A stretch of DNA of 63,939 nucleotides, the filler included, from Octopus bimaculoides (taxonomy: Eukaryota): assembly GCF_001194135.2 (NCBI RefSeq). It is 7 parts of 6 records of this genome, joined end to end, with 100 filler letters (N's around TTAATTAATTAA, not from the genome) between each part and the next. Parts side by side here need not be neighbours in the genome. Positions count along the whole stretch, not along the records: positions 26,782 to 41,149 come from NC_068987.1; positions 41,250 to 46,857 come from NC_068981.1; positions 46,958 to 56,989 come from NC_069009.1; 4 more parts are not named here. One strand, given 5' to 3'. Shown piece by piece: positions 38,431 to 50,469 of the stretch; the first letter of the stretch is position 1; each line of letters starts with the position of its first letter. Made by a program: the position numbers and the translations under genes. The notes beneath the pieces were generated by a model. The model saw only the letters and a program-made list of their open reading frames with translations. It did no database searches and had not been told where the DNA came from.

Positions 38431-38619
38431 ACTTGTCTCCTTTTTGATAATGATAATAATGATGGTAATGATGATGATTTCGTTACTAGCCGCCAGGGCT
38501 CACAAAATACAAAGATATTACAATGACAATTTTACACTTTAACGTATAATCAAAATGTAAACAAAACAAACATTGTAACAATAAAATATTAACAAAGAAA
38601 ATTCCACAATAAAAGAAGT

Positions 38620-39400
38620 GCTTCCGTGAGCTATTCGTAGAAACACTGCAGAAACCATATTTATTGTCGGTATTGTTAGATCTCTCTTTCTCTCTCTTAG
38701 GCTGGGTGTCCTCTCCAACCAGGCTCTAAACCTTTTTGCTAACACCTTAGCTAAATCTTAAAGTCGGCGTTCAGCAGAAGTATGAGCCTGAAATTAATGA
38801 TTGTGTTCCTTTGTTCGAGTTCTTTCCACAACAGCACCACGATTTCCTGGTTTATAAAACTAATAATTCTTCTGTTACACTTTCAGTTGCAGTAGATGTT
38901 TGCCAAGACGTCGAGGAACAAGTCTAACATATATGCATCAAGTTCATATGACAAACCATTCAAACTAGGCGATCTACGCCTCATACGATCATTTATCACA
39001 TTTTGTATCTCAGTGACAGGCCGTCTGTGTAGGCACTGAAGTCTAATATTGTCTCCGTTTGACTGCTCATATCGATCCGTTGAACAAGGTACCACTGAAA
39101 ATCAGCATATATACACATGGAATCGAGTACTACGTGTCCATCCTTAACTATCAAAGACCTAACTGTGACTTTGTTGTCACTTTGCGACTCTACCACGAGG
39201 ACCCATTGAACAGCTTTCGTTCCTTCGTGCGTAGCTCTAAAACTCTCACCTTCATATTTCGTGTTATGGAAGTAGTTGTGGGCCAATCTCGCCAATGTCA
39301 ATTAGCCGCTCTTTCTTTGCTAAGACTTGCATATTCTATTGTAATCACCCATAATCAGTTGTTGGCGAATTTCCACATCAACTGAGGCTAAGCTAAAATG
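38620..39400 (-). mobile_element. Tx1/L1-like LINE, RT N-terminal fragment
   Basis: RSPSLNGLSYEL...LANIY, then NFRLILLLNADFKI.AKVLAKR, equivalent to KSPGxDG and NFRPITLLNxDxKILAK. Confidence 0.75.
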
Positions 39401-39639
39401 TTAATTGATCTCTGTAAGTATTACGCACCAGGAACGATGGTTTCCATCAACATGTCGACTGTACTGGTCACAGATTTTTGATTTGTATAATCAACCGGTT
39501 GAAATTGCAGGCAACCTACGCTATTACTAGCCACTGATCTTATAAATACTCTATCTAAATATTATCTGGATGATCCCATGCGGTTACTATACGTTCACAC
39601 TCACTGGTGCATTCAAGAAATCTACTCTGCACTAGCCAG

Positions 39640-40990
39640 ATAATTGGAGATATCTGAGCATTTCTCTCTTGTAGGCTAGTGAATGGATATAAGTACTTAA
39701 GTATTTTGGAGTATGAGAAAATTAAGGAGGATGAGATGAAGGAAAGCTTTAGATGAGAATACCTCAAGAAAACCAAATTAAATATGAAGAGTAGACTCAA
39801 TGGAAGGCAGTGAATACATGAGCTGTCTCCTTAATACGATATAGTTCAGGTGTTGTTAGCAGGACAAAGAACGAGCTTGAGAAAGTGGATGGAAAAACCA
39901 GAAATGTGATGATAATGAACAAGAAACTACATCCTAAAAGCGATGTCGATAGACTTTACATGTCCAGAAACAAAGGAAGAAGACGTCTCATACTCTGCAA
40001 GATTCGTGTTGCCAATGAGGAAAACAGTCTTGGATTGTATGTGAAACAGCAGATTGAACTTTTGGATACCGTTGTTGTTAGAAAGAGCAACATGATACCT
40101 AGTGAAAATGTGACACATCGAAAAGCATTTAAGAAATAAGATGGGAAACAAAGATTGAACAACTGGAAAATGAAAGCGATGCATGGGTATTGCCTCACAG
40201 AAATGGAAAGTAAAGACAAGACCAATACCTGGATGTGACTAAGGAAATGTTATCTGAAAGACTGCACTAAGGCAGTACTCAGGAACAAGCTTTGAGAACT
40301 AATTACACCAAGTTCCAAAGAGATAAGATTAGTGAATCGCTTCTTTGTAATATGTGTGGTAGCAAAAACGTAAGTCTCACATGTTGTGAGTGAGTGTAGC
40401 AAATTGGCTCAAAAGGAATACAAAGGGAGGCATGATAACATAGCTAAATATGTTAATTAAAGATTGTGTGAGAAGTACGGTCTTGAAAGGATATTGAAGT
40501 GGTATGAACGTAATTCAGAAGGCATCACCGATAATAATGAGTACACAATCTTATGGGATTTTACAATCCAGTTTTATTCGGTGATTGATATTTGGAGACC
40601 AGACATTGCTGTAATTGACAAAATGATGAAGGCAACCAAGATCATAGGAATTACCATGTACGAGTGGATGACAAAGAAGTAGAAAAGTTTGAAAAGTACA
40701 AGCCACTAAAAGATGAAATTGCACGAATGTGGACAATGAAAAGAGTAACGGTCATCCCGGTAGTTGTAGGGTTACTGAGAAATTTGCTGGAGAAAATGGG
40801 ATTGACATGGGAGTTGAACATGTTCAGAAAATTGCTCTTTTGGGGACAGCGAGGATTTGGGGATTGGTACTCGATTGTTAAGTATCGTAGAATGAGACCC
40901 TGTGAAATCCTTGACAATAGGTTTCTTACAGAATTAGCAGGGGCAAGTGAAATAAAAAAAACTCTGAGAAGTGAAATGGAAATAATAATA
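39640..40990 (+). mobile_element. R4/Dong-like non-LTR retrotransposon, 3' half (RT end, CCHC, REL endonuclease)
   Basis: GYKYL.ILE, LHPKSDVDRLY, QEQALRTNY, CNMC...HVVSECSKLAQKEYKGRHD, ILWDFTIQ, RPDIAVIDK, EKFEKYKPL and VIPVVVG; ends in (TAA)n. Confidence 0.9.
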
Positions 40991-41149
40991 ATCTTTTATA
41001 TTACAGGCACAAGGCCTGAAATTGTTAGATCAATTACATCGACCCCACTGCGTAACTGGTACTTATTTTATTGACTCCGAAATTATGAAAGGCAAAGTCG
41101 ACCTCGGCAGAATTTAAACTCAGAACGTAAAGACGGAAAAAATGCCGCT
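40985..41149 (-). mobile_element. SINE type B (cut by a gap)
   Basis: caggcacaaggcctgaaa...actggtacttattttattgactccgaaattatgaaaggcaaagtcgacctcggcagaattt. Confidence 0.85.
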
Positions 41150-41193
41150 NNNNNNNNNNNNNNNNNNNNNNNNNNNNNNNNNNNNNNNNNNNN

Positions 41194-41205
41194 TTAATTA
41201 ATTAA
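41194..41205. other. Artificial scaffold linker
   Basis: N44-TTAATTAATTAA-N44; also at 46902-46913, 57034-57045, 60943-60954 and 62775-62786. Confidence 0.95.
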
Positions 41206-42180
41206 NNNNNNNNNNNNNNNNNNNNNNNNNNNNNNNNNNNNNNNNNNNNTCTTTTTTTTCTTCTAGCATCTGAAGCCTCGGGAAATGCTCGTCAAAAGAA
41301 CAAGACAAGCGTTCCAAAATTATGTTTCTCGACATTTTTCAAATGTCGAGAAGGAAATTTTTGTATTTTGCTAGGGCCGAAACTGCCCCTGGGGGCCAAT
41401 TCCTGCCCTTGAAAATACACACAAATGAAGCCTAGGTGCTTCGAAACAAAATTATTAGAAAATTCCAACAAAATGTGGACAATAAAAGGTCAAATAAACG
41501 TTTACCTTCACAGCCGATAACACAGCACTTCCGTGAGAAGAGATGGATAGATAGATAGCTATATAAACACAGACAGAGAGATAACGACAAGCATACAAAC
41601 TGAAGGAGCAATACATTAGAATTATATTACTATAAAGCGAGTCTCTATAACGAGACACAAAACATAAAAGATCAATATAGTGTGAAACAGTCAAGAGTAT
41701 TTGCGTATCATGCACGTGTTATGTACTTTTTCCTACTCAGTCGGTTTTCCAACTCATTATTTATATATTGTAAGTTTTTGGGGTTCGAAATAATTTCTTC
41801 TTTGTATATGTTCACTTCTGGCTGATATATTTCTTTGTAACACATACCTCTGAAATAATTCATTAGCAATTAAGTATATATCTGCAGATGATGGCGAAAA
41901 GTAAACAACATTGTAGAATACACAAATATCAATAAATCCGTTGCACCGCTATGCCCTGTATAATGGTATTCAATACAGAATACTAGAAATAAAACCAATT
42001 TATAATTACAGTGCAAGATACAATATTTAAGTGCTTTCCAAGTACATGGGTACTGCAGCCATAAATGAGGGGAACATGCAAGCTAATCTACGTGATGGAA
42101 ATCTGTAAGAAAAATGGCCAAGTGAAATCAATGAAACATACATACATACACACATGCAATCATATAAACATACATGCATA

Positions 42181-42234
<54 letters not shown>

Positions 42235-42236
<2 letters not shown>

Positions 42237-42362
42237 CGATGGGTCTTCTTTCAGTTTCTGTCAACCAAATCCGCTCACAAGGCTTTAATCTGTGACGCAG
42301 AGGGATTGAACCCAGAACCATGTGGTTGGTAGGCAAGCTACTTACCACACAGCCACTCCTGC
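42235..42362 (-). mobile_element. SINE type A head
   Basis: cttctttcagtttc...gggattgaacccagaaccatgtggttggtaggcaagctacttaccacacagccactcctgcgc. Confidence 0.9.
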
Positions 42363-42897
42363 GCATATGCATATATANNNNNNNNNNNNNNNNNNNNNNN
42401 NNNNNNNNNNNNNNNNNNNNNNNNNNNNNNNNNNNNNNNNNNNNNNNNNNNNNNNNNNNNNNNNNNNNNNNNNNNNNNNNNNNNNNNNNNNNNNNNNNNN
42501 NNNNNNNNNNNNNNNNNNNNNNNNNNNNNNNNNNNNNNNNNNNNNNNNNNNNNNNNNNNNNNNNNNNNNNNNNNNNNNNNNNNNNNNNNNNNNNNNNNNN
42601 NNNNNNNNNNNNNNNNNNNNNNNNNNNNNNNNNNNNNNNNNNNNNNNNNNNNNNNNNNNNNNNNNNNNNNATACGGATAAGATCGATATTTAAAATATTG
42701 ATTTTATCAAGTGGCCAGCATGGGAATAAAAACCTTCAAAGGTAACAAATTATTTAAAATTATAATACAGGGTATCTAAGAGATACCGCCACGCTGAAAA
42801 ATAGCGGTCAAATCTTGACTCTAAACCACAATAAATGTTCATATAGAACAAAAGAGCGAAGACGAAGACAAAATAAACTAGTCAAAATAACTGGATA

Positions 42898-42956
42898 ATT
42901 CCAGATCCCGGATTTCTGGCTTTGCATAATAAATGCTTTGCCTTCATCGGTGGAAT
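42898..42956 (-). ncRNA. Hammerhead-like fold with CCGAUGA core variant
   Basis: attcca-CCGATGA-aggcaaagca..tgcaaagcca-GAAA-TCCGGGA-TC-tggaat; perfect 6-bp stem I, AUC site. Confidence 0.55.
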
Positions 42957-43490
42957 ATACTCAAGCACATAAATACAAATATATATATATATAAACATAC
43001 AGTATACTTACATATACGAACGTATACATACATATATATGCACGTATGCACACGATTAGCTTAAAATTGCCCGCCTAAAAACTCCTCGTGCGATATGGAC
43101 AGAATATCAGCACAGTAAATACACTGACAAAATAAATTTATATAAATAAGGATAAGATCGATATTTAAAATATTGATTTTATCAAGTGGCCAGCATGGGA
43201 ATAAAAACCTTCAAAGGTAACAAATTATTTAAAATTATAATACAGGGTATCTAAGAGATACCGCCACGCTGAAAAATAGCAGTCAAATCTTGACTCTAAA
43301 CCACAATAAATGTTCAATGTTCATATAAATGTTGATATTCTGTCCATATCGCACGAGGAGCTTTTAGGCGGGCAATTTAAGCTCATCGTGTGCATACGTG
43401 AATATATATGTATGTATACGTTCGTATATGTAAGTATACTGTATGTTTATATATATATATATATATATTTGTATTTATGTGCTTGAGTAT

Positions 43491-43549
43491 ATTCCACCGA
43501 TAAAGGCAAAGCATTTATTATGCAAAGCCAGAAATCCGTGATCTGGAAT
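43491..43549 (+). ncRNA. Second, more decayed copy of the hammerhead-like fold
   Basis: attcca-CCGATAA-aggc...gcca-GAAA-TCCGTGA-TC-tggaat. Confidence 0.4.
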
Positions 43550-43682
43550 TATCCAGTTATTTTTACTAATTTATTTTGTCTTCGTCTTTGCTCTTTTGTG
43601 CTATATGAACATTTATTGTGGTTTAGAGTCAAGATTTGACTGCTATTTTTCAGCGTGGCGGTATCTCTTAGATACCCTGTAT

Positions 43683-43715
<33 letters not shown>

Positions 43716-44299
43716 NNNNNNNNNNNNNNNNNNNNNNNNNNNNNNNNNNNNNNNNNNNNNNNNNNNNNNNNNNNNNNNNNNNNNNNNNNNNNNNNNNNNN
43801 NNNNNNNNNNNNNNNNNNNNNNNNNNNNNNNNNNNNNNNNNNNNNNNNNNNNNNNNNNNNNNNNNNNNNNNNNNNNNNNNNNNNNNNNNNNNNNNNNNNN
43901 NNNNNNNNNNNNNNNNNNNNNNNNNNNNNNNNNNNNNNNNNNNNNNNNNNNNNNNNNNNNNNNNNNNNNNNNNNNNNNNNNNNNNNNNNNNNNNNNNNNN
44001 NNNNNNNNNNNNNNNNNNNNNNNNNNNNNNNNNNNNNNNNNNNNNNNNNNNNNNNNNNNNNNNNNNNNNNNNNNNNNNNNNNNNNNNNNNNNNNNNNNNN
44101 NNNNNNNNNNNNNNNNNNNNNNNNNNNNNNNNNNNNNNNNNNNNNNNNNNNNNNNNNNNNNNNNNNNNNNNNNNNNNNNNNNNNNNNNNNNNNNNNNNNN
44201 NNNNNNNNNNNNNNNNNNNNNNNNNNNNNNNNNNNNNNNNNNNCATGGTGTCTGATTATATTGTGAACCCATGGATAAATCAGTTTTTGTGAACCCATG

Positions 44300-45498
44300 G
44301 ATAGATCAAAATTTCGTGTTCTTTATGAATATTAGTTCTGTCGTCGAAAGAATGCAACCCAGACAGCGCGAAACATCTATGAGTTGTTGGGTGAAGCTGT
44401 GGCGAATGAGCACACTGGGCGTCGATGGTTTGAGATGTTCCGGTCTAGTGACTTTAATCTTAACAATCAGCTCCATGGTAGACCTGATACCAAGGAGGAT
44501 AATGATGAGCTGGAAACTGTAGTGGAAGCGGATACATCTCAAACTACAAGGAAATTAGCAGCAAGGTTTGATGTTTCCATTCCGACTGTATTGGACCATC
44601 GGAACCAAACCGGCAAGGTGAACATGCTGCACAAGTGGGTACCACACGAACTGAACAAGAATCAATTGACACGTCAACTTGAAACTTGCAGTTCTTTGCT
44701 GTCACGGCATAAAAGCGAACCATTTTTGTATCGTATTGTTACGTGTGATTAAAAATAGATTCTATACAACATTAGCAAGGGCTTTGCACGGTGGTTAGAA
44801 AGAGACGGAGTGCCAAAACTTAATCCAAAATGATTATTCACCAAAAAATGCTAATGTTGTCTGTTTGGTAGTCCAGCGCTAGTGTCACCCATACAGCTTC
44901 ATGAGACCTGGTAAGTCAATTACAATGGATGTATACATCAACCAATTGCATGAAATGCTGAGTGAAATTGCAATTAAATAACCGAGATTGGTCAATAGAG
45001 ATAGGTCAATTCTCTTGCAAGACAATGCTCGACCACATTTTGCACAAAGAGCGCTATTCGAGTTACTTGAACTGAACTTCTAAGTACTCTATGATTCACC
45101 TTCTTCACGAGAAATTGCACCAGCTGACTATCACATTTTCCAGGTTTTAGACTAACATCTTTCAAGGAAAAAACTTCTAATCTGAAGATGCAAATAGAGC
45201 CTTTCAAGATTTCATCACCCCTTGCTCTCCACAATTCTTCGCTTCCGACATAAATAAGCTACGGATAAAATGGCAAAATTGCGTTGATAATCTTTTTTAC
45301 TCCAGACACAAGGCCCGAAATTTTGGGGGAGAGGGCAAGTCGATTAGATCTACCCCAGTATGCAACTGGTACTTACTTTATCGACCAATTGTGTTGATAA
45401 TTTAGGTGCATACTTTGATTAGCTGCATTGATTTTTGTTGAGATAAAGTGAAATATACTTTCAGTTCAAAATCGGACATTTCATTCTTAATGACCTGA
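44300..45498 (+). mobile_element. Mariner (DD34D) transposon, degenerate; left end probably in the gap
   Basis: RRWFEMFRSSDFNL, KWVPHEL, RIVTCD, LLQDNARPH and IAPADYHIF; right end aatgacctga followed by TA at 45499-45500. Confidence 0.93.
45292..45386 (-). mobile_element. 5'-truncated type B SINE inserted in the mariner, with a 15-bp TSD
   Basis: aattg(c/t)gttgataat at 45277-45291 and 45387-45401. Confidence 0.88.
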
Positions 45499-46449
45499 TA
45501 AAAAATGGTTGGGTAAAAATTGGAGCAATATTTAGAAATAAATTATACAAATAAATAGTTATATAAATATGTAAAAAATAGTTATACAAATATATATGTA
45601 AAATGAAATCACACTGTGACATGCTACCTAGGCTGCATCAAAACTCCTATCGTCTCTGTCATATTTCGCTACAAATACTGGAAACTGTTTCCATCCAAAA
45701 AAGTGTATGTGCGCATCTTTTCCGTTGCATGGGGCAAGAAACAACTCACGTTCTTTGTACAGGCTTATTTAATCGGATTATAGCTAACCAGTATGTCCTT
45801 CGCCAATACTCTGTCAGCTGAGTAATTTTTCTGAATTGTAGAACTTTTTGCTCCCCCTCTATAGCACACCGCACTGGTCGTTACCTTTGTATTCCTCAAA
45901 ATTACATTAGCATTCAAATTACAGTGGATCAAATGCTGTCCTGTGGATGATGTAGGATTTTCTCCAAGTATATTACACATGTTTGAATATAGTACTATTT
46001 ATAATTTTCGTTTTGTTAGTTTTATCTAATTTTTTCTTGTGGGGCAGTTTGCTAAGTTTAACTATGGGATGGTAAAGTCTCCTGACATTAGATTCAACAA
46101 CATTTCTCTACTGGGTATGATATCCTTGGAGTTGTAAGTCTATTCTATGTAGCTGAAGTTGCTGCTACTTCTACTGTTGTCTACGGTCCTCCTGACTATT
46201 CTGATTTCGTAAAACTTCTAATTGCACTTATCAAATATGATTACCTTCTTAGCAGCACCATAAATGAGGTACAGATGCGACATAGACCAATGTCTTCAGG
46301 AGTCATCAGGACGTGTGTCACGATGCAGCTCTCACCTACAAAATATTTCTATGTTACTCGAAATGCACCATACACTGAAATCTGCCGTAAATGTGCGTAC
46401 TAATGGCCCTGACCACGAACTCGGTGTTTCATGTTTTTCAGAACATAGC

Positions 46450-46515
46450 GGCAGACAAAATACCACTAAGCATTTCGTCCGGCGTGCTAACGATTCTGCC
46501 TGCTCGAAGCCTTTA
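46450..46515 (-). mobile_element. SINE type B head
   Basis: ctaagcatttcgtccggcgtgctaacgattctgcc. Confidence 0.8.
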
Positions 46516-46562
46516 GTAATAATAATAATAATAATAATGATAATAATAATAATAATAATAAT

Positions 46563-46857
46563 ACTCCAAACAAAAGAGGGACTTGTGAAAACGAAAGCCA
46601 TCCCCATTAGAAGAGGAATATTCCAAGGAGACACGCTCTCTCCACTCCTGTTCTGCCTGGCACTCACACCTTTAACAGAATTGCTAAATAGAACTGGATG
46701 CGGTTACAAATGCTATGGAAAAAGAGTCAGCCACCTTCTATATATGGATGACCTAAAATTATACGCAAAAAACGACAAAGAGCTAGAAACACTACTACAG
46801 ACAGTACACGGCTTTACCAAGGAAATAGAAATGAAATTCGGATTAGAAACATGTGCC
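46563..46857 (+). mobile_element. R4/Dong-like RT fragment beginning at a (TAA)n tract
   Basis: IPIRRGIFQGDTLSPLLFCLAL...SHLLYMDDLKLYAKN...MKFGLETCA. Confidence 0.92.
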
Positions 46858-47004
46858 NNNNNNNNNNNNNNNNNNNNNNNNNNNNNNNNNNNNNNNNNNN
46901 NTTAATTAATTAANNNNNNNNNNNNNNNNNNNNNNNNNNNNNNNNNNNNNNNNNNNNTGTGCCAAAATTTGAAACTAGTATTTAGATAATAGAATAGAAT
47001 AGAT

Positions 47005-47195
47005 GTCCCCCCCCCACCATCGCTTGACAACCGATGCTGGTGTGTTTACATCCCCATAACTTAGCGATTTGGTAAAAGAGGCTGATAGAATAAGTACTAG
47101 GCTTACAAAGAATAAGCTCTGGGGTCGATTTGCTCAGCTAAAAGTGGTGCTCCAGCATAGCCACAGTTAAATGACTGAAACGAGTAAAAGAGCTA
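47005..47195 (+). mobile_element. SINE type A, 3' half
   Basis: cgcttgacaaccgatgctggtgtgtttacatcccc...gtgctccagcat...aatgactgaaacgagtaaaag. Confidence 0.9.
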
Positions 47196-47804
47196 ACAGT
47201 GAGAGAGAGAGAGAGAGAGAGAAAGTCAAACACACTACTGACACATACACACATGCACTCATATACACTACAAATGCTAAGACATGCACACATATACACA
47301 TACTGCCATTTTCTCACACACATCACACAGCTAATTGTCACCTGATTGTGTGTGTGTGTGCGTGTGTGTATGTGTGTGTGGCAATGGTGTTCATTTGGAT
47401 CTCTCTCTCTCTCTTTCTTTCTATTGTACAAATACTATTACCAGCCCTTTACCTCAGTCTAACAGATTTTTTACTCCACAGGAATCTATCATTAGCATTT
47501 TAACAGGTGAGGATTAGCAATGGACATCCAACTATAGATGAACCCTGCATCAATAAACTCTGTTCGAACCAGGCAAGCATGGAAAAGGGACTCTAAAACG
47601 ATGACAACAATGATAATGATGGTGATAGTGGTGTAGCACTGGCAGAGTGTGGCAGTGATGATGATGATGATGATGATAACACCCCCTTTTCAGCTGTTTT
47701 CAATAGACTTATTACTTGCTCAATAGAATAAAAAAGTAGTAATTGTTAAGTACATCCAAGTAACTGATGTATCAGCTACAAGTTTATACATATATTTATT
47801 TTAT

Positions 47805-48100
47805 TCATTTATGCACCCTTTTAAAGCCTAGCCAGGCTCATGGGCCCGGTTTCCCGGTTTCTATGGTGTATGTGTTCCCCCACCCAGCTGGACAGAACAC
47901 CAATCCATCGCAGCTTTACTCAAGAAACAGAAAGAAAGAGTGAGAGAAAGTTGGGACGAAAGAGTACAACAGGGGTCGCCACCACCCCCTGCCGTGTTTT
48001 CGCTCAATAAACACACACAACGCCCGGTCTGGGAGTCGAAACCGTGATCCTCCAACCGCAAGTCTGCTGCCCTAACCACTGGGCCATTGCGCCTCCACAT
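47805..48100 (-). mobile_element. tRNA-derived SINE (type D)
   Basis: Minus strand: gtggaggcgcaaTGGCCCAGTGGTTAGGgcagcagacttgcggttggaggatcacGGTTTCGACTCCcagacc (clear A and B boxes), then a non-tRNA body. Confidence 0.8.
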
Positions 48101-48283
48101 AATATATTTACATCTAGCACAATAGAATAAAAGAATGAGTAAATGTTAAATATAAGTGACTGACGCTACAGGATTATACTTGTGTACACACAACTAGCAC
48201 AATAGAGTAAAACAGGAACTGGATCAGGTCATACAATTATTAATCCGAAGCAGATTTACTCAGATCTGTATAAGACAACTCAG

Positions 48284-48346
<63 letters not shown>

Positions 48347-48529
48347 GTATGTATGTTCTTTTCAGTGTTTAATTGTTTAAATTCTTTCTCTGGAGAAGGA
48401 GTTGGTTTCTAACAAAAATACGAAGCTCCATTTTTGGAATGTAGATAACAAAAACAGTGTCACGTTTTAAACTTGAGAAGTCTTGCATAGTTTTAGTGTT
48501 CCGCTTACACAATGTATGTATGTGTGAAG

Positions 48530-48790
48530 TCCTCATTAAAGGCTTGTGATATGCAGGAGACCGACTGGGAGAGCAGTACCTGTCATTGCTACCAGTGTAG
48601 GAAGCAGGTTAAGGAGGGGGTTGACAGCTTTGAAAGAGCACATATTCTGCATGAATAATTAAAGCGTGCTGCACGCTGCCAGTGTAGTGAATGGGGAAAG
48701 CTTGATTTGCAATGTTTGGAGTCATGTATGCTTGTCAAGAGCAGGGCACTTTAGCCACCAACGGAGCTGCAAATGCAAAATATAAGTTAG
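48530..48790 (+). mobile_element. Probable old RTE-like LINE C-terminal fragment
   Basis: DWES...RKQVKEGVDSFERAHILHE.LKRA...C.SC..KSRA...HQRSC resembles RTE C-termini with a terminal zinc-binding motif. Confidence 0.5.
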
Positions 48791-48941
48791 TCCTAGAGCA
48801 CACAATGTTCCTGAAGGTCGGCAATGGTCTTCCTCGGTCATGAGCAGATGGCCATCATGTACATACATACGTAACCACCCACCTGCCCGTCCATCCACCT
48901 ATCCATGCATGTAGGTAGGTAAGTAAGTACGTATGTATATA

Positions 48942-49161
48942 CAGTATTCCTTCACCATATCGTGGCTCACCTATCGTGGTTTATTATTTAAGCTTATATC
49001 GATTCCTCCATGGTGTTGTTTTGCATTTATAATAAAATAAATATATACAAATTATAAAAATATTGAAAAAATACACAGTACAGTTCTGTTTCTACTTCGT
49101 AAATTTTCACCTATCAAGCGGGGTTTTGGAATGTAACACCCGTGATGTCGAGGGATTACTG
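48942..49161. mobile_element. Tigger/pogo-type MITE, 220 bp
   Basis: TA on both sides (48940-41, 49162-63); termini CAGTATTCCTTC vs CAGTAATCCCTC (reverse complement). Confidence 0.7.
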
Positions 49162-49891
49162 TATGGGTACAACTGGCTCCCACACAGCATGCATCTATAA
49201 CATTCACTCATGAGGAATTGGTCAAACTTATTAACCCCTCTGCTGTGCCTAATTGGAATGTCTCTTTTAGTAATACTAGTGGGACCTCTGGAAATTCCAC
49301 AGAACAAAAAAGATTGAGAAAGGATGATCAGCATTATTTTGATTCCAGTTATTTCGCTTCCAGTCACATTAATATATGATTTCATTTTAAAATTCCCCCC
49401 ACCCCTGCTAAGCACTATATTTCTCTCTTTCTCTCTTCCTCTTCAACAAACTTTTTAACCATGCAATTCCCCTCTTCATGCCTTTAACATTTCTCTCTTT
49501 CTCTTCACGATGCATCAGCTGCCTCTGCTCTCTCATTCACTCTTGCATTCCCTCTTCCTGTCTCTCTCACTCCATCTCCTCCTCTTCCTGTCTAACAAAC
49601 TAAAGCATAAAGTGTGAACAAATATATACACTTAGTTCAATGAAAAAATACTTTCTACTATCAACACACCACCACCACCACCACCATCATCATCATTATA
49701 AACGCTAGTTTTCAGTAAAAAAGCTCATTTCATTTCAGTCCAGCTGTTTACTTTTTCTTGCTGTCACTGTATCTCTACTCTTACGATACAAACACTATCT
49801 GCCTCTCTCTTTCTTAATGTAACTGCCTCCCTCTGTCCATCTCTCTCTCTCTCTCTCTCTGTCACTCTCTCTGTCACTCTCTCACTCTCAC

Positions 49892-49930
<39 letters not shown>

Positions 49931-50469
49931 TTCTTTAACCTGATCATCAGAACATCACCTTTGCTAAATATTGTATCCTAAACATATCTCTTTCTCTTTG
50001 CCTTTTCTTCTCCACTCTACAACATGCTGTTAACACTTCTCTCTCCCTCTTTTCTCTCATTCTTCACCTCTCCTTTCAAATAACCATGTGATGCATTTGG
50101 CTTTATTATACATCTTTCTATACTTCTTCCTCACTTCTTTCTTCTCTACTCACTCTCTCCTCTTTCTCCCCCTCTCTCTCTCACTTTTACTCCACCCCTC
50201 ACTCACTTCACCTCCATCTCAGTAACTAACAAAAGTATAACAGGTAAACAAACAAGCAGATTATTATATAGATTTTAGTTAAGAGAAAAAGCAGTGCCCA
50301 TTACCCTTAACAGGGCCTCCAAGACTGGTTTGAGGAATGGTGGGAGGAAGTTATCCTGAAATCAGAAACCTTCCAAAATGCTTGCAATAGAGTAGAGTTT
50401 GCCAAAAGCACTTAAGGGTGTTGGGTGGTGGTATTAAGCAATGTAACAGATCACATGTACCACCCAATA

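Larger units (their letters stand above)
42675..43692. repeat. Non-coding partial-tandem plus inverted array (475-bp period; ~360-bp inverted arms)
   Basis: Direct repeats 42675-42841 / 43150-43316; inverted repeats 42755-43112 / 43330-43692, with only scattered mismatches. Confidence 0.92.

Noticed and set aside
41326-41375. Hairpin plus CTAG as a Helitron 3' end
   Set aside because: CTAG is 18 nt from the hairpin and followed by G rather than T; no 5' TC end or Rep/Hel sequence
46285-46365. Two adjacent cores CTGATGA/CTGAAGA on the minus strand
   Set aside because: No consistent type I, II or III pairing could be drawn
48040-48100. tRNA gene
   Set aside because: A and B boxes are present but no complete cloverleaf, and it is fused to a SINE body
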